DNA from: a virus
DNA length: 64,000 nt
Direction: 5' to 3' (one strand)
Virus record (IMG/VR): IMGVR_UViG_3300009152_000003
Location: 19,981-83,980 of that record
In this document: positions 37,212 to 45,951 of the stretch, piece by piece
Layout: each line of letters starts with the position of its first letter
Numbering within the stretch: position 1 is the first letter of the stretch
Made by a program: the position numbers and the translations under genes
The notes under the pieces: generated by a model
Databases searched by the model: none
What the model was told of the DNA's origin: nothing
What the model saw: only the letters and a program-made list of their open reading frames with translations

Positions 37212-37328
37212 CGTTCGCTGCGACAAATGCACTGGAGCCATCCTACGAAGACCAGGCTGGCGAAACCGTGCATCGTGCTAGCCCTGGCATGCGCGATGCA
37301 CTACCTTCGTGGTCCCTGGGCGCCTCCT

Positions 37329-37970
37329 ATGCGGCTGACCTTCAACTCCGCTCTGCTCGCCTACGCCGCCAGCTTCACTGGCAAGTTTGGCTCTGATCAG
37401 GGGATTGAGGTCACGCCCCTGCGCGCCGGTGAGCCCGAATCCGGCGTCACTGTCGCGGCCTTCAATCGCGGCGCAATCGGCATGATCGGCTACGACCCAG
37501 ACGGCAAGGCCGACAGCAGCGCCCTGGTTTTCCCCGACTCCGCTTTGGTCAAAGCGGCCAACGGCATCAAGACCGCCGGACGTGACGTCTGTATCGAAGG
37601 CGATGACCTGACGGCGCTATCCGCCCGGGTCACCACCTACTACAAGGAGCACAACACCTTCAAGGACTTCACGGTTCGCGCTTCCCTCGAGCTCCCCTCC
37701 TACCGCCCTGCAATCGCAGCGGCCCTTAAGTGCTGGGGCAGCACCCCTGAAACTTCCACGACGGCCGGGCGCTACGACCTCAGCTTGCTACTGCCGGCCA
37801 TCAAAGCCATGGTCGATGACAGTGACTCCCTGGTCCTCTCCGGTTACCACGGCGGCCCCTTGCGGCTGCAGCGAGAGGACCTCCAGATGGTCGTTCTGTT
37901 GATGCCACAGACTGCCTTGCCGATTCCTGCCGCACCGGACTGGCTCGGTCAGTACGCACACGCTCGATAG
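37329..37970 (+). CDS. possible sliding-clamp (DnaN-like) protein
   Basis: Alternating beta/alpha pattern, GVTVAAFN, and a C-terminal PLRL...VVLLMP resembling clamp domains. Confidence 0.4.
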   Translation: MRLTFNSALLAYAASFTGKFGSDQGIEVTPLRAGEPESGVTVAAFNRGAIGMIGYDPDGKADSSALVFPDSALVKAANGIKTAGRDVCIEGDDLTALSARVTTYYKEHNTFKDFTVRASLELPSYRPAIAAALKCWGSTPETSTTAGRYDLSLLLPAIKAMVDDSDSLVLSGYHGGPLRLQREDLQMVVLLMPQTALPIPAAPDWLGQYAHAR

Positions 37971-38034
37971 ATCTTCCGCGGTGCTTGCCAAGGCGCACAC
38001 GCCGCTTAAGCTGGCGTGCCCTTCGCACAGCACC

Positions 38035-38715
38035 ATGAGCTATGCCTCATCCATCGTTGCCCTGAGCGAGAAGCCCCAGGCCCACACCGTCGACGGCAAG
38101 GACTACCTGCAAGCCGCTGGGGCCATCTGCGGGCAGGACCAAGTCAGCGTGCTGCTACGCGCCTACGCCGACAGCGTGGCCGCCAAAGCCTTGGCTGAGA
38201 AAACTTCCGGCGATCGCTTGATCGTTTCAGGAGAAACCTCCCTTCATCAGCCGGACAACGACCTGCCGATCATCATGGCTTCGGTCGTCTCCAATGCCAG
38301 CGATGACCAGTACCTCAACGAGGTCGTCATCGTCGGCCGGCTCGGCACTGAGGCCAAGGACGCCGAATCGGGCAAGAGCACCCGGCGATCCGTCGCTGTA
38401 AACCGTTTCTTCCGCAGTCCAGATCCCGCTGTTACCGAGCCGGTCGAGGTCACCGACTGGTTCTCGATTCGCGCCTACGGCTTCACAAAGGACCGGCTCG
38501 CTGGCGCTGATGTCGGCGCTCTGGTCGAGATCAATGGCTGCTTCACGCAGATGACCAACGCAACCGGCAAGCCCTACGTCGAGGTCAAAGCTCGCATGGT
38601 TCGCGTCCACCGCGGCTCCAAGGGCGGCAGCAACCCTGCTGCTGGCACCAGCGCCGTCGGCTACGACCACGAGTCGTTCCAAGGCCAACCTGACGAGTGC
38701 CCGGCTGCCTGGTAA
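38035..38715 (+). CDS. ssb: single-stranded DNA-binding protein (tandem OB folds)
   Basis: LNEVVIVGRLGTE...SVAVNR...TDWFSIRAYG...GALVEING with an acidic tail. Confidence 0.75.
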   Translation: MSYASSIVALSEKPQAHTVDGKDYLQAAGAICGQDQVSVLLRAYADSVAAKALAEKTSGDRLIVSGETSLHQPDNDLPIIMASVVSNASDDQYLNEVVIVGRLGTEAKDAESGKSTRRSVAVNRFFRSPDPAVTEPVEVTDWFSIRAYGFTKDRLAGADVGALVEINGCFTQMTNATGKPYVEVKARMVRVHRGSKGGSNPAAGTSAVGYDHESFQGQPDECPAAW

Positions 38716-38761
38716 TTCAGGTAAGCCTCGTCCCAGTTTTCAACAAACCCGCCCCCTACCC

Positions 38762-39463
38762 ATGTCGATCTTCCCCGCCAACTACGTCGCTACCAACCAA
38801 GAGGACCCCGCGGTTCCCGCCAAATACTTCGAGCTCAAGAAGCTCGCTGACGGCGAAACCACAACCATTCGCCTTTGCGGCACCGCCGACACCGGCCACT
38901 GCATTGCCGGGTACCAATACTTCACGACGGAAGGTAAGCCGCGGCGCTTCCCCACCTTCCCCAAGAAATACATGGACGACATCGGCCTGACCTTTGAGGC
39001 CAAGAAGACCGGCGGCACCGAGAAAGCCTCCCCGACTTTCTTCCTGGCCTGGGCCTGCAAGCGCAAAGAAGCCGACGACTACCAGGTTTTTGACATCGGT
39101 CAGCTCAAGGTGAGGGAAGCCATCGAGGCCATTCTCAACATCGAAGACTACACCATTGAAGTTGGCGAGATGGCCAATTTTTATCTAACTATTACCCGCC
39201 GCGGCCAGAAGCTTGAGACGAAGTACGACGTCACCCCGGTGCTCAAGGCCCCCAGCGCGGCCGAGATGAAGCACTGGCGCAGTCGGGCTGATTCCATCTG
39301 GCTGCCAGCGCTCTTTGAAGGGGGCGATCCCTTCGAGGGCCGGCCAGCCGGGTCAAAAGCTCCATCCCACGAGCCCCTAACCCGCCGCGATGAGTTAGGC
39401 GCCGACGAAGACCTTCCTCAACCTGTGAGCCAGGCCACAGTGCTTCCGGCCGCTGGGTGGTAA
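38762..39463 (+). CDS. gp32-like ssDNA-binding/recombination protein
   Basis: KLADGETTTIRL...QVFDIGQ...LTITRRGQKLETKYDVTP...LFEGGDPF pattern. Confidence 0.55.
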   Translation: MSIFPANYVATNQEDPAVPAKYFELKKLADGETTTIRLCGTADTGHCIAGYQYFTTEGKPRRFPTFPKKYMDDIGLTFEAKKTGGTEKASPTFFLAWACKRKEADDYQVFDIGQLKVREAIEAILNIEDYTIEVGEMANFYLTITRRGQKLETKYDVTPVLKAPSAAEMKHWRSRADSIWLPALFEGGDPFEGRPAGSKAPSHEPLTRRDELGADEDLPQPVSQATVLPAAGW

Positions 39464-39579
39464 CGACCTGATTACCTGTGCGCAGGGGGCAAGCCTTGCC
39501 GCAATGTCCACCCTGCGCACACCAAGTTCCCCGCTTCGTGTACACTCTTACCCCCCAGACTTTTTTTTTTATAGGCTAT

Positions 39580-39933
39580 ATGAGCGCAATCGTTGCCCAT
39601 TCGTTTGATCGAGCCTGGCAAGACCTTGCTCCTATCCCTACTCATCGCGCCCTTCGCGATGTTCTTGCTCTTCAGTTGGGATCCCCTTCTTTCGCGGTCC
39701 CTGTGGCCCATCCGGACAATGAAGGGGCCAAGGCCTACGCCCAGGTGCTTTTCCTGCCATCGACCGCTTCACCTGAGGCGACGGACGCAGCCTTCCGCCA
39801 GCTTCGGGACGCGGGCCGCCTGATTGCCGCAGCCGGGCGCATCGCCGTTTCCTGTCCCCACAACCTCACTGCGTACCTTGTCTTGCGACCCGACGATCCT
39901 GCTTGCTCTGCAGCGTGCCACCAGGGGCTCTGA
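39580..39933 (+). CDS. hypothetical protein
   Basis: ATG following a T10 tract. Confidence 0.5.
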   Translation: MSAIVAHSFDRAWQDLAPIPTHRALRDVLALQLGSPSFAVPVAHPDNEGAKAYAQVLFLPSTASPEATDAAFRQLRDAGRLIAAAGRIAVSCPHNLTAYLVLRPDDPACSAACHQGL

Positions 39934-40120
39934 TGTCAGGGCCATCAAAGAGCGCCATGATCATGAGAGTGTCAACAGCGCTTGGCAGCAGCTGAGCCCT
40001 GCTGAGCGCGGCGCCTTGCTCCTCTGCCGGCAATTCGATGGAACCGTCATCACCGACCCAGAAGGGCCTCTCCCCGAAGCCAGTCCCTACGGAGCTCAGC
40101 GAGCTGACCAGGATTCGTGA
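39878..40120 (+). CDS. hypothetical protein
   Basis: TTG start; VNSAWQQLSPAERGALL. Confidence 0.45.
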   Translation: MSCDPTILLALQRATRGSDVRAIKERHDHESVNSAWQQLSPAERGALLLCRQFDGTVITDPEGPLPEASPYGAQRADQDS

Positions 40121-40493
40121 GCAGCTCACCGTCCTTGTCGACCAGGGGCAGCGGCAGGGTGAGCAACAACGGCAGATTGCCCAGAGCCTGACAGAAGTCG
40201 TACGCCTACTTGAGGGCTTTACATCCGGCGGCTCCTCGTTTCAGGCCTACCAAGTCAGCCCCATGGTGCTGGTGTATTCCGCCATCCTGGGGCCGATCCT
40301 GGGCGATCGCATCGATGGCCTGCGCCCCAAGGAAGGCGACTACCTCGATGAGATGACCAAGGGCGCTGCTGTCATGGCTCGCCAACTCCTGCGCACCCTT
40401 GATGCTTATCAAGGCGAGCGAGGAACTCTTGACTACCTCGAAGCCAACTGCGGCGACATCAAGCCACCCGATCAGCCAGCGACCAACGGCTGA
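40038..40493 (+). CDS. hypothetical coiled-coil protein
   Basis: 151 aa. Confidence 0.6.
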   Translation: MEPSSPTQKGLSPKPVPTELSELTRIREQLTVLVDQGQRQGEQQRQIAQSLTEVVRLLEGFTSGGSSFQAYQVSPMVLVYSAILGPILGDRIDGLRPKEGDYLDEMTKGAAVMARQLLRTLDAYQGERGTLDYLEANCGDIKPPDQPATNG

Positions 40494-40576
40494 TACGTTT
40501 CCTGACGGCAGCAAACACTGCCGTCTCAATTCTTGTCTCTCAGGTCTCGCTACATTCTCTGAAAGGAGAGGCGAGA

Positions 40577-41401
40577 TTGAAGCAGCTGACCCGGTTCGAA
40601 ATTGACGGCGTCCGCCACTACCGGACCGGCGACCGGCCTGACTGCGCCTACCCTTCTGTCACCGCCATCCTCGGCAAGACCGCCAGCGCTCGCTCTAAGC
40701 AGACGCTTGAGCAGTGGAACATCAAGAACCCAGGCGGCAAAGAGGCCGCCGCCCAGCGCGGTTCGATCATCCATAAGGCTTGCGAAGATCATCTCCGCGG
40801 CAAGGCCGTGGACGTCCCAACCGATCTCACCCCTTACTGGGACGGCGTCGCTCCTCACCTCGACACCTACGACTACTTCACCTGGTCAGAGAAACCGCTC
40901 CGGCCGGACTGGTCGTTCTGCATCGGCGAAGACGGCATCTCCCGCATCTGGTCTCACGAGCACAAGTTCTGCGGCTGCCCTGACATCGTCGGCGTTCGCG
41001 GCGGCATCGTCACCCTCGCTGACGTTAAGTCCAGCAATGGCCCCTACTGCCGCTACTTCCCCAAGGGCGAAGAGAACGGCGTCCCCCGTGAGAACTACGG
41101 CGGCTGGATGAAATTCAACAAGTGTGCCCTCCAGCTGGGCGCCTATGCGATCGCCCTCGAGGAGACCCTGGGGATCTCGGTCGAGATGGCCCAGATCCTG
41201 GTCACCACACCCAAGACCACCCAGAGCTTCCTGCTTCGCGGTCACGAGCTCCACTCCTGGCGCTACAAGTGGACCCAGCGGGTCGCCGACTACTACCAAA
41301 TCATCGACCGTGAGAAGGAGCTTGCAGCCCTGGGGCTCGATCCATCAAGCACTCTGGAGCTTCCTTCTAGCATGAGCCAGAAGCTTCTGGTCACTGCATG
41401 A
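40577..41401 (+). CDS. PD-(D/E)XK exonuclease (phage recombination/Cas4-like)
   Basis: YPSVTAIL, RGSIIH, GCPDIV, ADVKSS and LQLGAYA motifs. Confidence 0.88.
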   Translation: MKQLTRFEIDGVRHYRTGDRPDCAYPSVTAILGKTASARSKQTLEQWNIKNPGGKEAAAQRGSIIHKACEDHLRGKAVDVPTDLTPYWDGVAPHLDTYDYFTWSEKPLRPDWSFCIGEDGISRIWSHEHKFCGCPDIVGVRGGIVTLADVKSSNGPYCRYFPKGEENGVPRENYGGWMKFNKCALQLGAYAIALEETLGISVEMAQILVTTPKTTQSFLLRGHELHSWRYKWTQRVADYYQIIDREKELAALGLDPSSTLELPSSMSQKLLVTA

Positions 41402-41616
41402 ACAGCCCGCAACAAGGCGCCGCCCCCAACGATCGCCAGGGTGTGCTCAACAAGCACAAGGACCGGGCCAAGAAGATGATGCGCCGCGGCAAGGACGGTC
41501 AGCCCGTCGGGCAGGAGCAAGGCGACCCCAACCTTCAGGCCGGCTATCGCCCCGGGCAGCGACCCAACCAGCGATCCATGCCGCAGGGGCAACAGCGGCC
41601 TGCTCGGGGGCGCTGA
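41398..41616 (+). CDS. small basic Q/R-rich protein
   Basis: 72 aa, ATGA-coupled. Confidence 0.55.
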   Translation: MNSPQQGAAPNDRQGVLNKHKDRAKKMMRRGKDGQPVGQEQGDPNLQAGYRPGQRPNQRSMPQGQQRPARGR

Positions 41617-41619
41617 GTC

Positions 41620-41994
41620 ATAAACACGCGTTTCGCAGGCAGCGACCCAGACCTTCACGCATTGACTGTCAACACTCTCGCTCAGCTGGGGCTGGGGGCT
41701 ACCAACCTCTACGGCGCAGCCGACCTCTTCATGGGCGATACCGACGGGTCGAACTCTGGAGAGATTCCTCTCAACTTGTTCATCTCCCTACTGCCCTACG
41801 CAACCGCCACAGGAGGCGCTCTTGCCGGAGCTCACTCAGTCAGGCCCCGTTCTGTTGGCAGTCTCCTTGAAATCGAGCGCCTCGAACGTCAGAGCGCCCG
41901 TCGCGGTGCCTATGGCGCCCTGGCCGGTGCCATCGCAGGCGGGATCCCGGCCGTCATGATGATGCGAGATCAGGAGCAATCGCAACGTGTGTGA
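41620..41994 (+). CDS. glycine-zipper late-type protein (probable ATA start; RFAG motif)
   Basis: In-frame ATA AAC ACG CGT TTC GCA GGC upstream of the TTG at 41662; two GxxxG helices. Confidence 0.55.
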   Translation: MNTRFAGSDPDLHALTVNTLAQLGLGATNLYGAADLFMGDTDGSNSGEIPLNLFISLLPYATATGGALAGAHSVRPRSVGSLLEIERLERQSARRGAYGALAGAIAGGIPAVMMMRDQEQSQRV

Positions 41995-42323
41995 CCGCTT
42001 CGCTGGGGCTGCCTGACACGGCTTGCGATCCGCTTCCCTACCCTGTAGAACACCTCTGCGTCTCAAGCTGTTTCATGGACGACCCCAAAAAGCCTTCCCG
42101 CTCTTTTGATCTCAACATCGAAGTCGCCACCAGCGGTTTGACAATTGTCTTGGTCTCGGCCATCGTTGCCGCCGGTAGCTACGGCTGGGGCTGCAACATC
42201 GGCAAGCTCATGAACAACAGCTGCGGTCAGGGCAACTACGGTTGCCTGATCGTCCGCGGCGCTGGCATCCCCATCGTGCCGGTTGGTGCCGTCGCTGGCT
42301 ACTTCTGATCGCCAGGCAGCTGC

Positions 42324-42650
42324 TCAACCCCCGTCCGCGGCGGCGGGGGATTCCAACCATTCCCTGATCACTCCCTCCCTGGTGACGCAGTGAAACGGCT
42401 GATCTGCGTACCACTGCCAGACATCGCAGTGGTTCTTTGAGACGTTGCAAGGAGCGCAGGCTGGTACCAAGTTCCCCTTCTGCGTTGTCCCGGCCTTGGC
42501 CTTAGGCACGACATGATCGAGCGTGATCTTCTCGGGCCGGCAGCCGCAGTAGGCGCAGCACCCGTCCCAGGCGTTGATGATCTCTCGCCTGAAGCTGTTC
42601 TTGGTGACACGTTTTGAGACCAGCTCCGACCCTTCGATTCTGTGAGACAC
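42324..42650 (-). CDS. HNH endonuclease
   Basis: CAYCG...TLDHVVPK...NLVPACAPCNVSK. Confidence 0.9.
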   Translation of the reverse strand: MSHRIEGSELVSKRVTKNSFRREIINAWDGCCAYCGCRPEKITLDHVVPKAKAGTTQKGNLVPACAPCNVSKNHCDVWQWYADQPFHCVTREGVIREWLESPAAADGG

Positions 42651-42723
42651 AGGCTTCCGTCTCGCTGGTTGTCAGGCGCCAGCCCAGGCTAACGAGGGCG
42701 ACCCATGCACTTCTCCATGGGTC

Positions 42724-43008
42724 TCACCAGCTCCAGTGACAACTCCAATACCCCGGCGTGGTCTTATCGTTCTTCTCGCTGCAATTGTGGCGTGACTTGA
42801 AATTCGCCCTGCGATCCTCATCGCCATGGCCGCCCTTGCCGCCCGGGCCGTTGCGGTAGTTCTGCATCGACGGATCCCCGAAGCGCACAATCTTCTGATC
42901 ACCGTCGTTGTCCTTGACCAGCACGGCGAACTTCTTGTTCTCGCCAGGCGTGCGCTTGGGCTGGTTGTAGCCCTGAAAGATCTCGCCGGCGTAGCGGATG
43001 CTGGCCAT
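42724..43008 (-). CDS. conserved phage protein (VRFGDP...FKSRHNC...YWSC)
   Basis: GYNQPKRTPG...KKFAV...KIVRFGDPSM...RRANFKSRHNC...PGYWSC; TGATG-coupled. Confidence 0.75.
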   Translation of the reverse strand: MASIRYAGEIFQGYNQPKRTPGENKKFAVLVKDNDGDQKIVRFGDPSMQNYRNGPGGKGGHGDEDRRANFKSRHNCSEKNDKTTPGYWSCHWSW

Positions 43009-43136
43009 CAGCCGCGCCCCTCCTTCACTGGCACACAGTTCGGCACCTGGCGGCCGTCTTTGATCTTCGTGCCGATCGCTTCGTAGCCCTTCCAGCAGGC
43101 GGCGGCGAGCTTGTCTCCGGCTTTTCGGATGGCCAT
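43008..43136 (-). CDS. 42-aa peptide with a CWKGY...VPNCVP motif, absent from the ORF track
   Basis: MAIRKAGDKLAAACWKGYEAIGTKIKDGRQVPNCVPVKEGRG exactly fills the gap between its neighbours. Confidence 0.75.
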   Translation of the reverse strand: MAIRKAGDKLAAACWKGYEAIGTKIKDGRQVPNCVPVKEGRG

Positions 43137-43138
43137 GG

Positions 43139-44065
43139 TCAGCTTGCTCCCAGCTGGCGCAGCTGGCGCTCCAGCTCCTCGATGCGCCGGTCCTTCGGCG
43201 ACTGCATGCCCAGGGCGCTGGCCAGGGCGCCGCCTGCGGCCATGCCGCCGATGATCCCGATCTCGTCACCAATGAAGCGACCGGCAAACCTGCCGACATG
43301 CTCACCGGTTACAGGCTCAGCTCGCTGTCTGAGGGAGGCCATGGCGTCAGCCACGTCGAAGCCAAGAAAGTCGCGAACCTTTTCGGCGCCGTCGGGATCC
43401 TCCTCCATCACGCTGCGCGCAGACTTTTCTGCCCTTTCGAGATATTCGTCAAGGTTGTCAGCGGCCATGTTGCCAGCAGCCTTTTCGGCCCGGGAGTAGT
43501 TGTCAAGGATCGTGTCAACGAACTGCTTACGCTGCTCCGGCTTCATCCTGCCCATGGCCTCGACGGCCTGCGTGCCAAGGCCGCCCATCTTCAGGGCAGG
43601 CTCGAGACGCATGAACTCATCACTGCTCAGGCCGTACTTGCCGGCGAAGCTGACGGGGTCGGCCGCAGCGTGCCTCATCATCTCGGCTGAGCCCTGGCTT
43701 CTTAGGCCGTCTTCGATCGTGCTTCGGTACGAGCGGAGCTGATCGCCAAACCCTGCGGCTGTCGTTTCTGATCCCATCAACCGAGAGATGGTCGCCACTG
43801 GCCCAAGCTGATCCTTCAACTCCTCTTTGTGAAACCTTTTGCCCAAGCGCGCGCCCAGCCGGCGACCGAGCGCGCCGACTCCGATACCGCCCGCGATGGC
43901 CGTTGCCGTCTGCAGAGCCGTCTGTCCAAGGGACTGGTCAGCAGCAAGGCCGGGTAGTCCTGCCATCAGGCCGCCCATCGTTCCTTCGAGGACCTCTTCT
44001 CCAAGGGGGTCAGTGAACAGCCAGACGAGCCTGCTGCCTGCCATCCGATTCCCTTCGCTGCTCAT
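43139..44065 (-). CDS. glycine-zipper putative virion protein
   Basis: 308 aa with RMAG and RFAG motifs and GxxxG helices. Confidence 0.7.
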   Translation of the reverse strand: MSSEGNRMAGSRLVWLFTDPLGEEVLEGTMGGLMAGLPGLAADQSLGQTALQTATAIAGGIGVGALGRRLGARLGKRFHKEELKDQLGPVATISRLMGSETTAAGFGDQLRSYRSTIEDGLRSQGSAEMMRHAAADPVSFAGKYGLSSDEFMRLEPALKMGGLGTQAVEAMGRMKPEQRKQFVDTILDNYSRAEKAAGNMAADNLDEYLERAEKSARSVMEEDPDGAEKVRDFLGFDVADAMASLRQRAEPVTGEHVGRFAGRFIGDEIGIIGGMAAGGALASALGMQSPKDRRIEELERQLRQLGAS

Positions 44066-44493
44066 GCGGCCCCCTGCTCGATCGCCTGCTGTGGTGGGAC
44101 ACCCGGCCGGCTCAGCAGTGCCAGTCCACCGCCGCCCAGCGCCCCGATCAACGCCATGCCAGCCAGCAGCCTCGGGTCATGGTCGTCGTACACCCCCTGC
44201 ATCGAGCGCAGCGTGGCATCGTTCAGCTCCTTGTTCGTCTCTGCTGCCCGGCTGACAGCCTCGATCTCCTCGGGCGTAAACACCCGTCCTTGGGGATGCC
44301 CATGATCCAGGGTGATCTTCTTCTGGCCGGCCTCGTTGGGCAGATCGCGGAAGAACATCGGCTGCCCCTCGATGTCAACCATGACCCCATCACGGGCGGC
44401 CCGCCCAATCGCGGCCGCTGTCCCGAAGCCCGGGACCGAGTCCACGACGCGCCTGGGGAAGCGGGCCTGAAGCCAGGCAATCGGACCCTCCAT
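44062..44493 (-). CDS. hypothetical protein with C-terminal hydrophobic helix
   Basis: 143 aa, ATGA-coupled; upstream TAGACT. Confidence 0.6.
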   Translation of the reverse strand: MEGPIAWLQARFPRRVVDSVPGFGTAAAIGRAARDGVMVDIEGQPMFFRDLPNEAGQKKITLDHGHPQGRVFTPEEIEAVSRAAETNKELNDATLRSMQGVYDDHDPRLLAGMALIGALGGGGLALLSRPGVPPQQAIEQGAA

Positions 44494-44635
44494 CTGGCAT
44501 GCGCACCGTCACCTGAGTCTAGCGATGGTCTTTTGCCAATAAAAAAGGCGGACCTTTCTCAAGGGTCCACCCTGTCCTCTCTGTTGGTCGGTACTGGCTA
44601 CCAGACCTAATTCAACGTACCACGCCAAAGTCGCA

Positions 44636-45280
44636 TCAGGCCACGGCGCTCCGATTGGTGAATGCTTCACGGACGGCCTCCTCGTCCAGGTTGACCGCAA
44701 CACTGAAAGCTTCCACCAGCTCATCGGTGAACGCCCCCGTCTCCACCAGCGTTTCCAGTGCCTCATCGGTCAGACCCATGCGCTGCCTCAGGGCCGGTGA
44801 CACCTTGGCATGCTCCAACTCCTCGAGCGGCCAGGTGTAGCGCAAAGGTGCCAGGGCAGCCGCGGCCTCGTCCGCTCCGCCGCACTGCGTAGCCCTTTTG
44901 CTCAGGTCGCTCATCGCCTCAAGGACCGGCGCCAGGTGCTCGACCCCAGCGTCTGAGCGCAGCCAAGACGCCACCTCCTCGAAGCTCAAGGCGTTACGAA
45001 ACTCACCGGTTTCGTAAAAGGTCACCAGGGCATCCAGCGTGATCCCCAGCAAGCGCGCCAGCTCGCGGTTGATGCCCGTTGCCACCTTGAACGGCAGCAC
45101 CTTGAAGCGGAAATACTTCTGGGTTGTGCCAATGGTGATGCCCAGCTCTGTCGCTAGCCTGCGCTCACTCAGTCGGTTGCGAACCATCGCCTGCCGGAGC
45201 GCTTGAGCAAAGCGCTGTACCTGAGCGGTTTCTTCGGCTGTCAGCGCTCCCGACGGGGCGGTCTTGTCGTCGACTTCCAA
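44636..45280 (-). CDS. XRE-family HTH transcriptional regulator
   Basis: FAQALRQAMVRNRLSERRLATELGITIGTTQKYF...LARLLGITLDAL; divergent from the replication operon. Confidence 0.75.
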   Translation of the reverse strand: MEVDDKTAPSGALTAEETAQVQRFAQALRQAMVRNRLSERRLATELGITIGTTQKYFRFKVLPFKVATGINRELARLLGITLDALVTFYETGEFRNALSFEEVASWLRSDAGVEHLAPVLEAMSDLSKRATQCGGADEAAAALAPLRYTWPLEELEHAKVSPALRQRMGLTDEALETLVETGAFTDELVEAFSVAVNLDEEAVREAFTNRSAVA

Positions 45281-45492
45281 GGCGGTTCCCCTTTCTATGC
45301 AATGGATTGTACCAAGACATTCAACATTGCCCGATTCTTCTTACGCCTACTTGCTGCACTTGTGATGCAGACTACGGCTTTTCACATTTTTCAGGATTCT
45401 GCATGCAACATCTCGCGCTCTGCCCGCTCTTGGGGGCTGGCGCGGCGGCCCGACCTGGGGCATAGTGCTGCACGCCACGGCATGCACAACGC

Positions 45493-45951
45493 ATGACAAC
45501 AAAACCATTCCCTCAACTGCGCCGGCGCTCGATCCTCAAGCCGTCGGGCCGGAACTCTCCCCCTGAGATCCGCAGGACCCATCAGGCCTGGAGCCGTTTG
45601 TGCTCCCGCCTGCAGGGCTCGCGGAACAAGCCTTCCGAGATCTCCCCCCGCTGGGTCCGCTGTTTCGACACTTTCCTCAACGACGTTGGCCCCTGCCCCG
45701 AGGGCTTCCGTCCGACCCGCCCAGATCCCGAACTTCCCCTCGGTCCGGGCAACTTTATCTGGGCCGCGCCGCTCGGCCCGCGTAACGCCGGACGTCAGCC
45801 CAAGCTCTACGCCCTTGGCTCAGAGCAACGCACCCTGCGCCAATGGGCCGCCCACGCCGGAATCGTCGAGGTCACTCTTCGTTCTCGCCTGGCTCGCGGT
45901 ATCCCCCTTGAGCAGGCCATCGCGCCCATCGATTACCGGAAGACAGCCTGA
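45493..45951 (+). CDS. degenerate HNH-like protein with C-terminal HTH
   Basis: RWVRCFDTFLNDVGPCPEG...PGNFIWA matches the phage HNH scaffold but lacks the DRID/N residues; C-terminal TLRQWAAHAGI..TLRSRL. Confidence 0.6.
   Translation: MTTKPFPQLRRRSILKPSGRNSPPEIRRTHQAWSRLCSRLQGSRNKPSEISPRWVRCFDTFLNDVGPCPEGFRPTRPDPELPLGPGNFIWAAPLGPRNAGRQPKLYALGSEQRTLRQWAAHAGIVEVTLRSRLARGIPLEQAIAPIDYRKTA

Noticed and set aside
39561-39570. T10 tract as a phase-variation switch
   Set aside because: It is intergenic and length variation cannot be seen in a single sequence; a terminator or promoter element is equally likely.
40577-41401. Cas4 / CRISPR adaptation gene
   Set aside because: No clear four-Cys Fe-S arrangement and no cas context; it fits a stand-alone phage exonuclease.
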